Assembly (NCBI GenBank): GCA_945876305.1
Contig: CAMCOB010000001.1
Location: forward strand, 1 to 58,439
From: Bifidobacterium breve
GTDB lineage: Bacteria; Actinomycetota; Thermoleophilia; Miltoncostaeales; Miltoncostaeaceae
Reading direction: 5' to 3'
Length of the DNA: 58,439 nucleotides
Part shown: positions 30,067 to 38,007 of the stretch, one piece after another
How the letters are laid out: each line of letters opens with the position of its first letter
How positions within the stretch are numbered: position 1 is the first letter of the stretch
Position numbers and translations under genes: made by a program
Notes under the pieces: generated by a model
Told to the model about the DNA's origin: nothing
The model's input: only the letters and a program-made list of their open reading frames with translations
Databases searched by the model: none

Positions 30067-30134
30067 CCGACTAGGGTGCTTGATCGCGCACGCACCCCTG
30101 CCTGTGCCCACAGCGAACGGGACCTGACCACCTG

Positions 30135-31604
30135 ATGACGAACGCGGTCACGCACGCCGACCCGCACCACAGCCGGCGATGGGCAATCCTTGCAGTCCTC
30201 GGGCTTGCACAGCTGATGGTCGTTCTGGATGCCACCATCGTGAACATCGCCCTCCCCTCCGCTCAGTCGGATCTTGGGTTCAGCGACGCCAACCGCCAGT
30301 GGATCATCACGGCGTACGCGTTGGCATTCGGTTCGTTGCTGCTGTTCGGCGGGCGCCTGAGCGACCTTCTCGGACGCAAGCGGGTGTTTATCGGCGGCCT
30401 CATCGGCTTCGCCGCGGCGTCGGCTCTTGGCGGCCTCGCCCAGGACTTCACCGTGCTGGTCACCGCGCGTGCACTGCAGGGTGCCTTCGGTGCGCTCCTC
30501 GCACCAGCGGCCCTGTCGCTTCTCACCACCACCTTCACGGAGCCCGAGGAGCGCGGCAAGGCCTTTGGCATCTATGGCGCCATCGCCGGTGGAGGAGGAG
30601 CGCTCGGCCTGCTGCTCGGCGGGGTGCTCACCGAATACCTGTCATGGCGCTGGTGCCTCTGGGTAAATCTGGTCCTTGCGGTACCGGCGGCCATCGCCGC
30701 GGTCGTGCTGCTTGTGCACTCACGCCAGGACAAGGTGCACCTTGACCTCCCCGGCACGATCACATCGGTGCTCGGGCTTCTCTCGCTGGTCTATGGCTTC
30801 GCAAAGGCTCAGACGGATGGCTGGACCGCAGGCATCACTATTGGCCTTCTTATCGCGGCGGTGGTGCTGCTCGCCATTTTCGTGGTCATCGAGACCCGCG
30901 TGAAGCACCCTCTGCTGCCTATGCGGGTGGTACTCGACCGCAACAGAGGTGGTTCGTACCTCGGCCTCACGCTGGCCTCGATGGCCCTATTCGGCGTCTT
31001 TCTGTTCCTCACGTACTACCTGCAGACCACGCTCGGGTACTCGCCCATCAAGACCGGGCTCGCCTTCTTGCCCATGATCGGGGCAATCATGGTGACCGCC
31101 ACCACATCCACGGCGCTCCTGCTGCCCCGGATCGGTGCGCGCATTCCCATCACCATCGGGCTGTTCCTTGGGGCCATCGGCATGGTGCTGTTCACCCAGC
31201 TGGGGGTCGATACGCCCTACGTCACGCATGTACTGCCGGGTCTCATCGTGACCGGCCTCGGGCTCGGTCTGGTATTCGCAATCTCCTTCGAGGTCGGCAC
31301 GATGGGTGTGGACGCCAACGACGCCGGTGTGGCCTCGGCCATGGTCAATACCACTCAGCAGATCGGTGGCTCGATCGGTACGGCGTTGCTCAGCACGATC
31401 TTCGCCACGGGGGTCGCGTCATTCCTGTTGGGTGCAGGTGACCCCAGCACCCCGGAGGCCCAGGCTCAGGCCGCCGTACATGGGTATTCGATCGCCTTCT
31501 GGTGGTCGGCGGTTATCTTCCTGGTCGCTGCCATCGCCTGCGGCGCACTGCTCACCAGCGAGGTAGCCGACCACGACCCTGACATCCCGGGGGCGACTGC
31601 GTAG
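30135..31604 (+). CDS. MFS transporter, DHA2 (EmrB/QacA, 14-TMS) drug-efflux type
   Basis: LDATIVNIALPS, GGRLSDLLGRKR and about 14 hydrophobic segments over 489 aa. Confidence 0.9.
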   Translation: MTNAVTHADPHHSRRWAILAVLGLAQLMVVLDATIVNIALPSAQSDLGFSDANRQWIITAYALAFGSLLLFGGRLSDLLGRKRVFIGGLIGFAAASALGGLAQDFTVLVTARALQGAFGALLAPAALSLLTTTFTEPEERGKAFGIYGAIAGGGGALGLLLGGVLTEYLSWRWCLWVNLVLAVPAAIAAVVLLVHSRQDKVHLDLPGTITSVLGLLSLVYGFAKAQTDGWTAGITIGLLIAAVVLLAIFVVIETRVKHPLLPMRVVLDRNRGGSYLGLTLASMALFGVFLFLTYYLQTTLGYSPIKTGLAFLPMIGAIMVTATTSTALLLPRIGARIPITIGLFLGAIGMVLFTQLGVDTPYVTHVLPGLIVTGLGLGLVFAISFEVGTMGVDANDAGVASAMVNTTQQIGGSIGTALLSTIFATGVASFLLGAGDPSTPEAQAQAAVHGYSIAFWWSAVIFLVAAIACGALLTSEVADHDPDIPGATA

Positions 31605-31637
31605 AAATCCCATCGGGGGCCCCGGTACGGTCCCGGC

Positions 31638-31823
31638 GTGACCACCACCATCATCTTCGCACTCACGCTGGTCGGAACGATTTACGGCATGAACTTCGAC
31701 AACATGCCCGAACTCCACTGGCAGTACGGCGACCTGTGGGCGCTCTTCCTGATGGTCGTTATTGCTGCGGGTCTCTATTTCATCTTCAAACGCACGGACT
31801 GGCTCTCGTCGCATGAGCGATGA
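31638..31823 (+). pseudogene. corA: CorA magnesium-transporter C-terminal fragment (TM1-YGMNF-TM2 only)
   Basis: The 61-aa ORF TIIFALTLVGTIYGMNFDNMPELHWQYG...YFIFKRTDWL is the last 60 or so residues of CorA, including the GMN motif. The approximately 250-aa cytoplasmic domain is absent, because the MFS gene ends 33 nt upstream. Confidence 0.6.
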
Positions 31824-32685
31824 GATGCAGCGGGCCCCGGCACTGCTACCGGGGATGGTGCAGCGCTATCGCGGTGAGCCCATGCACTGCGACCAAATGC
31901 GCGTGGATGACGCGCGGGATGCCCCCGACGCCATCCGCGATGCCCACACCGTGGTGGACGAGCACATCGCCGGGGTGCACTGCACGTGGATCAATCCGGA
32001 GCACCGCGCGAACGGCCTCATCGTCTCCCTGCACGGCGGGGGATACATCGTGGGGCCCGGCGCTGCGCATTGGGGATGGGTCAGCACCCTCTGCCGCGAC
32101 ACCGGTCAGGCGGGATTGCTCATCAGGTACTCGCGTGCCCCGGAGGCCACCTACCCCACGGCACTCAATGAAGTGCTCGCCGTAGTGCGCACCCTCGACG
32201 GCTCGTGGCAGCTCATCGGTGACAGCGCCGGCGGTGGGCTCGGTCTCGCCACGACATTCAGCCTGCGCGACGCTGGCGAAATGGTGCCCACGGCAATGGT
32301 GCTCAGCTCACCCTGGCTCGACATCACCATGGCCCACCCCGAACAGGCCGCCAACGCGCACATCGACCCGATGATGGGCATCCCTGCCCTCGACCATTAC
32401 GCACGGGCGTACGCCGGCGCGACAGACCGCACGCACCCTCACCTCTCTCCTCTCTACGGCGACCCCACTGGCCTGTCGCCCATGCTCATCACCGTGGGCA
32501 CCGCGGAGCTCTTCCTATTTGAGACCCGCGACTGGAAGGCCAAGTGCGACGCGATGGGTACCTCATGCAAGGTCATCGAGGTGGACGGCGCCATTCACGA
32601 CTTCGCAATCATGTTGGGCCTCATGCCCGAGGCCAGCGAGGTGCTCCCAGCGCAGACGGCGTTCCTCGCAGATCACCGGGCCTGA
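31813..32685 (+). CDS. alpha/beta hydrolase, HSL-type esterase/lipase
   Basis: Oxyanion-hole HGGGY, nucleophile elbow GDSAGG and a C-terminal DGAIHDF. The ATG at 31813 overlaps the corA fragment by 11 nt. Confidence 0.8.
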   Translation: MSDEMQRAPALLPGMVQRYRGEPMHCDQMRVDDARDAPDAIRDAHTVVDEHIAGVHCTWINPEHRANGLIVSLHGGGYIVGPGAAHWGWVSTLCRDTGQAGLLIRYSRAPEATYPTALNEVLAVVRTLDGSWQLIGDSAGGGLGLATTFSLRDAGEMVPTAMVLSSPWLDITMAHPEQAANAHIDPMMGIPALDHYARAYAGATDRTHPHLSPLYGDPTGLSPMLITVGTAELFLFETRDWKAKCDAMGTSCKVIEVDGAIHDFAIMLGLMPEASEVLPAQTAFLADHRA

Positions 32686-32693
32686 ATCCCGGG

Positions 32694-33146
32694 CTACTTC
32701 AGTGCAATTACCCACGAGTCGTTCAGCGTGCATGGCGTCCCGCCCTTGGGTGCCGACGCGGGCACGCTCGGCTGCGACACCACTCCCCCGCTCCTGGTCC
32801 AGTCGAACACGTTGGGCAGTCGGTCGCCGGGCTCCTGCAGGAACAGCGATACCCCGGTGTCGGTGACGACCAGCTGGCACGTGTAGCCCGGCGCGAGGAT
32901 CACCGAGGGCGCCGCGAGGTTCGCCGCGGTGCCACCCCCACCCCCGCTCTCAGCCCAGGCGGTACTCAGTCCGTTGTCAGGATCGTTAAGCGCCACAACC
33001 GCCTCCGCAACCGGTGAGGCCTCAGTGGCCATGGGCGTTGTGCCTGACGTCTCCGCACTGGACGACCCACCACAGCCGGAAAGGGCCAACGCACCGCCCG
33101 CGAGCAGGACCGGAGCGACGAGCAATCGTATGATTCGAGGGCGCAT
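32694..33146 (-). CDS. small lipoprotein, unknown function
   Basis: MRPRIIRLLVAPVLLAGGALALSGC provides a signal peptide and lipobox. I chose the internal ATG at 33146; the upstream part of the track ORF is R/S-rich junk. Confidence 0.6.
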   Translation of the reverse strand: MRPRIIRLLVAPVLLAGGALALSGCGGSSSAETSGTTPMATEASPVAEAVVALNDPDNGLSTAWAESGGGGGTAANLAAPSVILAPGYTCQLVVTDTGVSLFLQEPGDRLPNVFDWTRSGGVVSQPSVPASAPKGGTPCTLNDSWVIALK

Positions 33147-33380
33147 GGGAAGTCTCCGTAGTCGTGTCCGCGAGGCGTCAGGGTATCTGGAACCACCAAG
33201 GCCCTCGCACCCACCAGCGCGGTGATGGCACAGGCGGTGAAGGTCGCGCGGGTGAAGTAGACCCCATCTCGGGGCGCAGGAACCAGAGATGCTTGCACTC
33301 TGATTCCTGCTGTTTAGGCTGCTCTCACGCTTTGTTGCGCGATGCCGCCAAGCCGCCGAACCGCCACTCAAGGAGCAACT

Positions 33381-34100
33381 GTGAAACTCCCCGCCCGATG
33401 TCTTTCAGGCGCAGCCGCCGTCCTCAGCCTCGCAGCCCTGGCCGCGGTGCCTGCCGCACAGGCTGCACCCGCGGGGGGTGCTTCTTCGGCGGCCATGGCA
33501 CCCACGGCCAGAGCCCTCGCGCTGCTACCCACCAACATCAAGGCGGGCCTCGACATCCGCATTGCGTACCGGCGCTACGCGCTGTGCGCGGCGAGCAACA
33601 TCACGCCCAGCAATAAGTCGGTCTACATCAACAAAACGAAGTACCAGGTCGGCACGGGGCTCTGTCCCATCGTCACGGGCATGACGGTCTACAACAAGAG
33701 CCTTCAGGGCACGGGGACGACCCCGAAGGGTGCCTCCACCATCTGGTCGAGCTTCGGAAGCCCGCCCTCGCTGCCGCAGTACAACGGCACGAGCTGGACT
33801 GTGGCCGCTCCGCAGGGTGGATTGGTCACTGAGGGTGTGTCGCCCAATGCGGGGATGGCCAACTTCTGGGGATTCCCCTGTGTGGTGACCACGCCCGTAA
33901 CCATCGACGGAACCAAATACCCGATGGCGATGTGTGCCGGCCCGCTCATGGAGAACATCGACAACCGTCCGGTTGCCCCGGGTTCGTCCATCTACACCGA
34001 CAACCCCTCGGCCACGATTCCGGTCGGCTTCGGTAAGCCTCTCACCGGCTCGCTCGCTGGGATGGACTCCTTCTTCATGAACCCGTTCCCAACGTCCTAA
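33381..34100 (+). CDS. secreted protein, unknown function
   Basis: GTG at 33381 is preceded by AAGGAG at 5-nt spacing. The signal peptide is KLPARCLSGAAAVLSLAALAAVPAAQA. The mature part is Asn/Lys/Thr-richer than its neighbours and has 4 Cys. A possible TTGCAC-16 nt-TAGGCT promoter lies at 33293-33320. Confidence 0.65.
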   Translation: MKLPARCLSGAAAVLSLAALAAVPAAQAAPAGGASSAAMAPTARALALLPTNIKAGLDIRIAYRRYALCAASNITPSNKSVYINKTKYQVGTGLCPIVTGMTVYNKSLQGTGTTPKGASTIWSSFGSPPSLPQYNGTSWTVAAPQGGLVTEGVSPNAGMANFWGFPCVVTTPVTIDGTKYPMAMCAGPLMENIDNRPVAPGSSIYTDNPSATIPVGFGKPLTGSLAGMDSFFMNPFPTS

Positions 34101-34106
34101 CCCGTT

Positions 34107-34150
34107 GAACCACGACCTCGGTGCTGTTGGAGGCGCCGAGGTCGTGGTTC
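34107..34150. terminator. perfect 15-bp hairpin just after the secreted-protein gene (terminator candidate, weak U-tract)
   Basis: gaaccacgacctcgg-(14 nt)-ccgaggtcgtggttc, starting 7 nt after the stop at 34100. Confidence 0.5.
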
Positions 34151-34499
34151 GTATTCGGCGTCCTGCCTCAGCAGCGAGTCCGCAGACGTCAGGATCTTGG
34201 CCCTCACCGGCTGCGCAGTGACGCCCGTCTTCCCAAGGCCCTTTATGGTGATGGTCCATTTGCCCTTCGACCGGCGGATGGTGCACCCTTAGGTGCGCGT
34301 GGCCTTTGCGCAGGTGGCGTATGTCTTCTGCCCACACCATCTCGCAGCGGAAGATGCCGTCAGCGCCCGTCAGCGTGCGAAGCTCGATATTTATGGCGAC
34401 GAGCTGTTCTGCGTCATGCGCCCCGCCGCCTCGTGGGATCGGGCACCGGCCACACGTCAGCCGTGTTCACAACGGGTGTGAGTAGGACACACCGGGGGC

Positions 34500-36419
34500 C
34501 TACCCCAGGTTGAGGCTCGCAGAGCGAATCATGAGGTTGTTCATGACCGCGTACCAGATCTCATTGAGCGCGAGCCTGGCGCCCGATTCCTCGCGGGGGG
34601 TTCCTCGGAGCGCCCGATAGATCCCGGTCGACCACTCTCGCTGCCACACCGGGTAGCTCATGTTCTCTCCATTCCACTGCAGGAACGCCGTCCACTCGGC
34701 GATGGTTTGCTCGCCTCCCTCCACCGCGTTACGCAGGAGTTCGCGCTCGTATGCGCTCTGCGCGTCCTTGTCGAAGCCGGCATCGGTGATGGTGGAGTCA
34801 GAGAAGCCGTAGGCGTCGCCGCTCGCCAGCGTGGTGCCGAGGACGTAATACGTGGTGGCGTAGGCCGATTGCTGGATGGCCTCCTGCAGCGAGCCGGCCT
34901 CGGCCATGGCGCCCTCGACCTCATCGCGAAGGGCCGCGAGGACCTCGTAGGAGCCGGTGCCCCCTCCCGTCGTGCCGGGCGCTTTGGACAGGGCCTCGTA
35001 GAGCACCCGGTTGGCACCGCCCGCGCGCGCCAGGAACGTGGAGTAGCCGGACATGAAGGCGGTGGCCTGCTCCTCGGGGACAGCCGTCCGTGAACTCGCC
35101 GCGCGCACGACCGCGATAGCGTCCGGGCCCAGGTGTTCGAGCGCCAGGCGCTCGCCCTCGACGTCCCTGGCGATGTCCGCGAGCTGGGCGATCTGCTTGG
35201 CTTTGCCGACACCCACCACCGGCTGCTTCAGCGCGGTGCCCGCTGCCTGCAGTACGGCCTGGGCATACACCACCCAACCCATTGCCGACGGCAGGGTGAG
35301 CCACTGCTCCACCCGCAGGCCGGCGGGGTTGGACTGCTGCTGGAACTGCGTGTTGGCCCGCGCAAGCAGGCTGGCGACGTCGCCAGCCAACGCCGTTCGT
35401 GCCGCGGCGACGCCCTCCTCGCGGGCCAGCGTGGTGACGCGAGCCCCCCCGCTGGCGCCGCCGATGCGGTAAAGGGCCTCCACTGCCCAGCCATAGGCCT
35501 CTCCCGCCCTGCCCGCGGCTATGGCTGAACGGGCGCTCCCAAGGTCGGCGGCGATTCCGGCGCGGGCGCGCTGCGGGATGAGGCTGCGATTGCGGACAAA
35601 CGAGGCCTGCGCCGCCGCCAGGGTGCGACGGGTGGTGGCCACCGCAACCGCCCGGGCCTCGGGCGACAGGCTGGCCGGGCGCGCCGCAGGCGGCGCAATG
35701 GTCTCGCCCGTGAAATCCCGATACGCCTCGTTGATGTCGTGCACCGTGCGCACCGTCAGGCCGAGGGTACGACCGAGGGCGATGACGTCCACGACCTTCC
35801 CGGATGCCGAATCAACCGACATTCGGTTCCCCACCGGGATGAGGACCAGCGTGAACCCGTCCTTGGCTGCCGCGGCCACCTTCGCGGGCACGAGGCCCAC
35901 CCGACCGATGGTGCCGTCAGGAAGGATGGTGCCCGTCATCACCACCTTCGGTCGCACGGTGTCACCGCGGATGGCGGCAATCGTGCCCAGGGTCAGGGCC
36001 GCACCACCCGAGGGGCCATCAATGGGCCCAGTGATGTCATATCCCAGCGTGAGGGTGGCGGGGTCTGCGCCCGTGTAGAGGGTTGCAAGCGTGGCCGCGC
36101 TCGCCGTGGCGGCCAGCCACTGCGCGCCGGCGCCCTTGGTCGTGATGTCGCCGAGGTTGACTTCAAACGTGGGCTCTCCGGAGGTCTCGGCGAGAATCAC
36201 CGCAGGCTCGATGCCCGCGCTGACCTTCCCGAACTCACCGGATGCAGCCCAGAGCACCGGGAATGTGATCTTCGTCCGGGGAATCTGCCACCAGGCTCCG
36301 GCCTGCTGCGCCTGCCCGCAGCCGGACGCCATAAGCACGGTTGCACCGATGGCAACCGCCCACGACGCGACGAAGAGCCGCCAGCGGGCGGGTGGGGAGT
36401 AGCGACTCATGGCCCACAT
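34500..36419 (-). CDS. Lon-like S16 peptidase-domain lipoprotein with long novel C-terminal region
   Basis: The N-terminus WRLFVASWAVAIGATVLMASGC is a signal peptide plus lipobox-like Cys. The Lon proteolytic domain reads GPIDGPSGGAALTLGTIAA...MTGTILPDGTIGRVGLVPAKVAAAAKDG..LVLIP (Ser-Lys dyad region). The following 400 or so residues are Ala/Leu-rich with no motif I recognise. The start is 36419 or 36410. Confidence 0.7.
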   Translation of the reverse strand: MWAMSRYSPPARWRLFVASWAVAIGATVLMASGCGQAQQAGAWWQIPRTKITFPVLWAASGEFGKVSAGIEPAVILAETSGEPTFEVNLGDITTKGAGAQWLAATASAATLATLYTGADPATLTLGYDITGPIDGPSGGAALTLGTIAAIRGDTVRPKVVMTGTILPDGTIGRVGLVPAKVAAAAKDGFTLVLIPVGNRMSVDSASGKVVDVIALGRTLGLTVRTVHDINEAYRDFTGETIAPPAARPASLSPEARAVAVATTRRTLAAAQASFVRNRSLIPQRARAGIAADLGSARSAIAAGRAGEAYGWAVEALYRIGGASGGARVTTLAREEGVAAARTALAGDVASLLARANTQFQQQSNPAGLRVEQWLTLPSAMGWVVYAQAVLQAAGTALKQPVVGVGKAKQIAQLADIARDVEGERLALEHLGPDAIAVVRAASSRTAVPEEQATAFMSGYSTFLARAGGANRVLYEALSKAPGTTGGGTGSYEVLAALRDEVEGAMAEAGSLQEAIQQSAYATTYYVLGTTLASGDAYGFSDSTITDAGFDKDAQSAYERELLRNAVEGGEQTIAEWTAFLQWNGENMSYPVWQREWSTGIYRALRGTPREESGARLALNEIWYAVMNNLMIRSASLNLG

Positions 36420-36601
36420 TCTAGTGGCGGCCTTCGGTGTGTCCGTGTGGGGCGCAGATGGAGTGACTTCGGCCTGCACACCGCATTCTTCCCCGTGTGG
36501 GTGCGAGGAGGTGAGGAAAGGGGACCATACCCCGCGCCCGAACGTAAGGTTGCGGCGTGCCCCGCCCGAGCCAGTCCATGCATTCCCGCGCCGTTACGGC
36601 A

Positions 36602-36736
36602 GGAGGTGTTGGAGAGGACCGCGCCGCTGAGGCTCGCGCTGGCAGGCCACGCGTCGCCGAGGCTCACGCTGGTGAGGTTCGCCTGGGAGAGGCCCGCGTT
36701 GTTGAGGCTCGCGCTGGAGAGGACCGCACCGCCGGC
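36602..36736 (-). pseudogene. pentapeptide-repeat gene remnant (about 8 repeats)
   Basis: The minus frame, opening right after a TGA at 36739-36737, reads AVLSS ASLNN AGLSQ ANLTS VSLGD AWPAS ASLSG AVLSN, which fits the A(D/N)LXX periodicity. It is visible as 15-nt DNA periodicity. Downstream, the frame degenerates into R/P-rich sequence and runs into the S16 gene start. Confidence 0.45.
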
Positions 36737-36762
36737 TCATCGCCCGTGAGGCCCGCTCATCA

Positions 36763-36788
36763 CCGCATTGGTGCCTGCACCAATGCGG
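36763..36788. repeat. perfect 12-bp inverted repeat with 2-nt spacer
   Basis: ccgcattggtgc-ct-gcaccaatgcgg, in the 475-bp non-coding gap between tRNA-Ala and the S16 peptidase gene. Confidence 0.6.
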
Positions 36789-36850
36789 GAACTCATGGGA
36801 GCGGCCCGTGGCAGGTTGGCTGCACGCCATCACCGCCACGACGACTTGGG

Positions 36851-36885
36851 TGAAAACGACAAAAGGCCCGTCGGACCGGACCTTT
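36851..36885 (-). terminator. rho-independent terminator downstream of tRNA-Ala
   Basis: On the minus strand: AAAGGUCC-GGUCCGAC-GGGCCUUU (8 bp including one G-U), followed by UGUCGUUUUC. The G-U pair would be a C-A mismatch on the plus strand, which favours minus-strand function. Confidence 0.6.
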
Positions 36886-36894
36886 CGTGTGAAG

Positions 36895-36967
36895 TGGAGG
36901 ATGACGGGATCGAACCGACGACCTCTACGCTGCCAGCGTAGCGCTCTCCCAGCTGAGCTAATCCCCC
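36895..36967 (-). tRNA. tRNA-Ala (anticodon GGC)
   Basis: Hand-folded cloverleaf, 73 nt. Acceptor GGGGGAU/AUCCUCC with the G3:U70 alanine identity pair; D-arm GCUC-AGCUGGGA-GAGC; anticodon arm CUACG-CUGGCAG-CGUAG; T-loop UUCGAUC; discriminator A. There is one U-U mismatch in the T-stem, and CCA is not encoded. Confidence 0.9.
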
Positions 36968-36999
36968 GGGAACGCGTCCGAGTATAGACGGCCCGCGGG

Positions 37000-37341
37000 C
37001 TAGGCGGGAGTGCTCTCGAACCGCTCTGTTGGCGCCTCCCGCCACAGGCGATCAAGGCGGTAGAAGTCGCGAGCTTCCGGCGTGAACACATGCACGACGA
37101 TGTCGAGCGCGTCCACCAGGATCCAGTCAGCCTCTTTTTCGCCTTCGACGCGGCGGATCTCCACGCCGTACTCCTTTTTGAGCACTCCACGGATCTCGGC
37201 GGCGATGGCCTTGGTCTGACGCGGGGTGCGCCCGGTGCAGATCACCAGGTAGTCGGTGTAGTCCACGATGCCGCGCATGTCGAGGATCACAATGTCCTCC
37301 GCCTTCTTGGCGTCGGCGAGCTCTGCGGCGATACGGGCAAT
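37000..37341 (-). CDS. rsfS: ribosomal silencing factor RsfS (iojap-like)
   Basis: DYLVICTGRTPRQTKAIA...DWILVDALDIVVHVF..EAR.FY.LD.LW. The track ORF starts at GTG 37290, but 17 more in-frame codons (IARIAAELADAKKAEDI) match the family N-terminal helix and contain no canonical start. The 5' end is uncertain (37290, 37332 ATC or 37341 ATT). Confidence 0.8.
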   Translation of the reverse strand: MARIAAELADAKKAEDIVILDMRGIVDYTDYLVICTGRTPRQTKAIAAEIRGVLKKEYGVEIRRVEGEKEADWILVDALDIVVHVFTPEARDFYRLDRLWREAPTERFESTPA

Positions 37342-37415
37342 TTCCTCGGTATTCGAGGGGTCTCCTCAATCGGAACGACGAATCCCTGCGAGGCTAGTCG
37401 GGGTGCGGCCCCCCA

Positions 37416-38003
37416 TCAAGACGCCGGGGCAGACTCCAGCAAATCCGCAACCGCCGCCGGCACCAGATGACGGATCGAATCGCCCTGCGCCAGGTACTCA
37501 CGAACCAGAGTGGACGACACCGGGACCTCGGGCATCTCCACCAGATCGACGCGGCCAACGGCGATGCCGCGGGCCACGTCACCCGCGGCGCTCGCATCGG
37601 CACCGGGACGCATGGCCACCGCGATGCGGGCAAGCGCCACGATGTCCTCGGGGCGGCGCCAGGATGCGAAGCCAGCCAGTTGGTCGACCCCCATCACAAA
37701 CCACAGATCCGCTCCCGGATACTGCGCTGCGATCTCCTCGAGCGTCTCGGCGGTGAATGTCGGGCCATCGCGATCGAGTTCGAGGTCGCTGGCCTCGAGA
37801 AGCGGATCATCGGCCACGGCGGCCTCCACGAGCGCCAACCTGCGCACGGCCGACATCGTTGCCCCATCAGGCTTGTGCGGGGGCGCCCCGGCCACAACCA
37901 GAAGCACGCGATCGAGGTGCAGTTGGCGGGCAGCCTCCTGGGCAAGCGCGATGTGGCCATTGTGCAGCGGATCGAAGCTGCCGCCCAGCATGCCGATTCT
38001 CAT
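37416..38003 (-). CDS. nadD: nicotinate-nucleotide adenylyltransferase
   Basis: GMLGGSFDPLHNGHIALA (the (H/T)xGH motif) and a C-terminal SSTLVRE. Confidence 0.9.
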   Translation of the reverse strand: MRIGMLGGSFDPLHNGHIALAQEAARQLHLDRVLLVVAGAPPHKPDGATMSAVRRLALVEAAVADDPLLEASDLELDRDGPTFTAETLEEIAAQYPGADLWFVMGVDQLAGFASWRRPEDIVALARIAVAMRPGADASAAGDVARGIAVGRVDLVEMPEVPVSSTLVREYLAQGDSIRHLVPAAVADLLESAPAS

Positions 38004-38007
38004 CGGG

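Noticed and set aside
30135-31823. A possible MFS-CorA fusion by readthrough of the TAG at 31602, since the two ORFs share a frame.
   Set aside because: Sharing a frame has a one-in-three chance. The 11 linker codons show no conservation signal. A CorA pore hairpin appended to a 14-TMS transporter has no precedent that I know of. A deletion remnant is the simpler explanation.
34151-34470. Protein-like minus-strand reading frames in the 399-bp gap. ...AHDAEQLVAINIELRTLTGADGIFRCEMVWAEDIRHLRKGHAHLRV... is followed, after a +1 shift, by GKWTITIKGLGKTGVTAQPVRAKIL. There is a faint resemblance to a small dodecin-like fold.
   Set aside because: There is no canonical start and a frameshift is required. 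Third-position GC is lower than in real genes. The frame runs through the 15-bp terminator hairpin. The resemblance rests only on my memory of a consensus. At best this is a decayed gene, which I cannot support as a feature.
36594-37190. The 198-aa minus-strand ORF and the 71-aa ORF (36830..37045) that span the tRNA-Ala gene.
   Set aside because: They read straight through a well-formed tRNA and its terminator, and are R/S/C-rich. The real coding sequence here is rsfS, in another frame, from 37000 upward.
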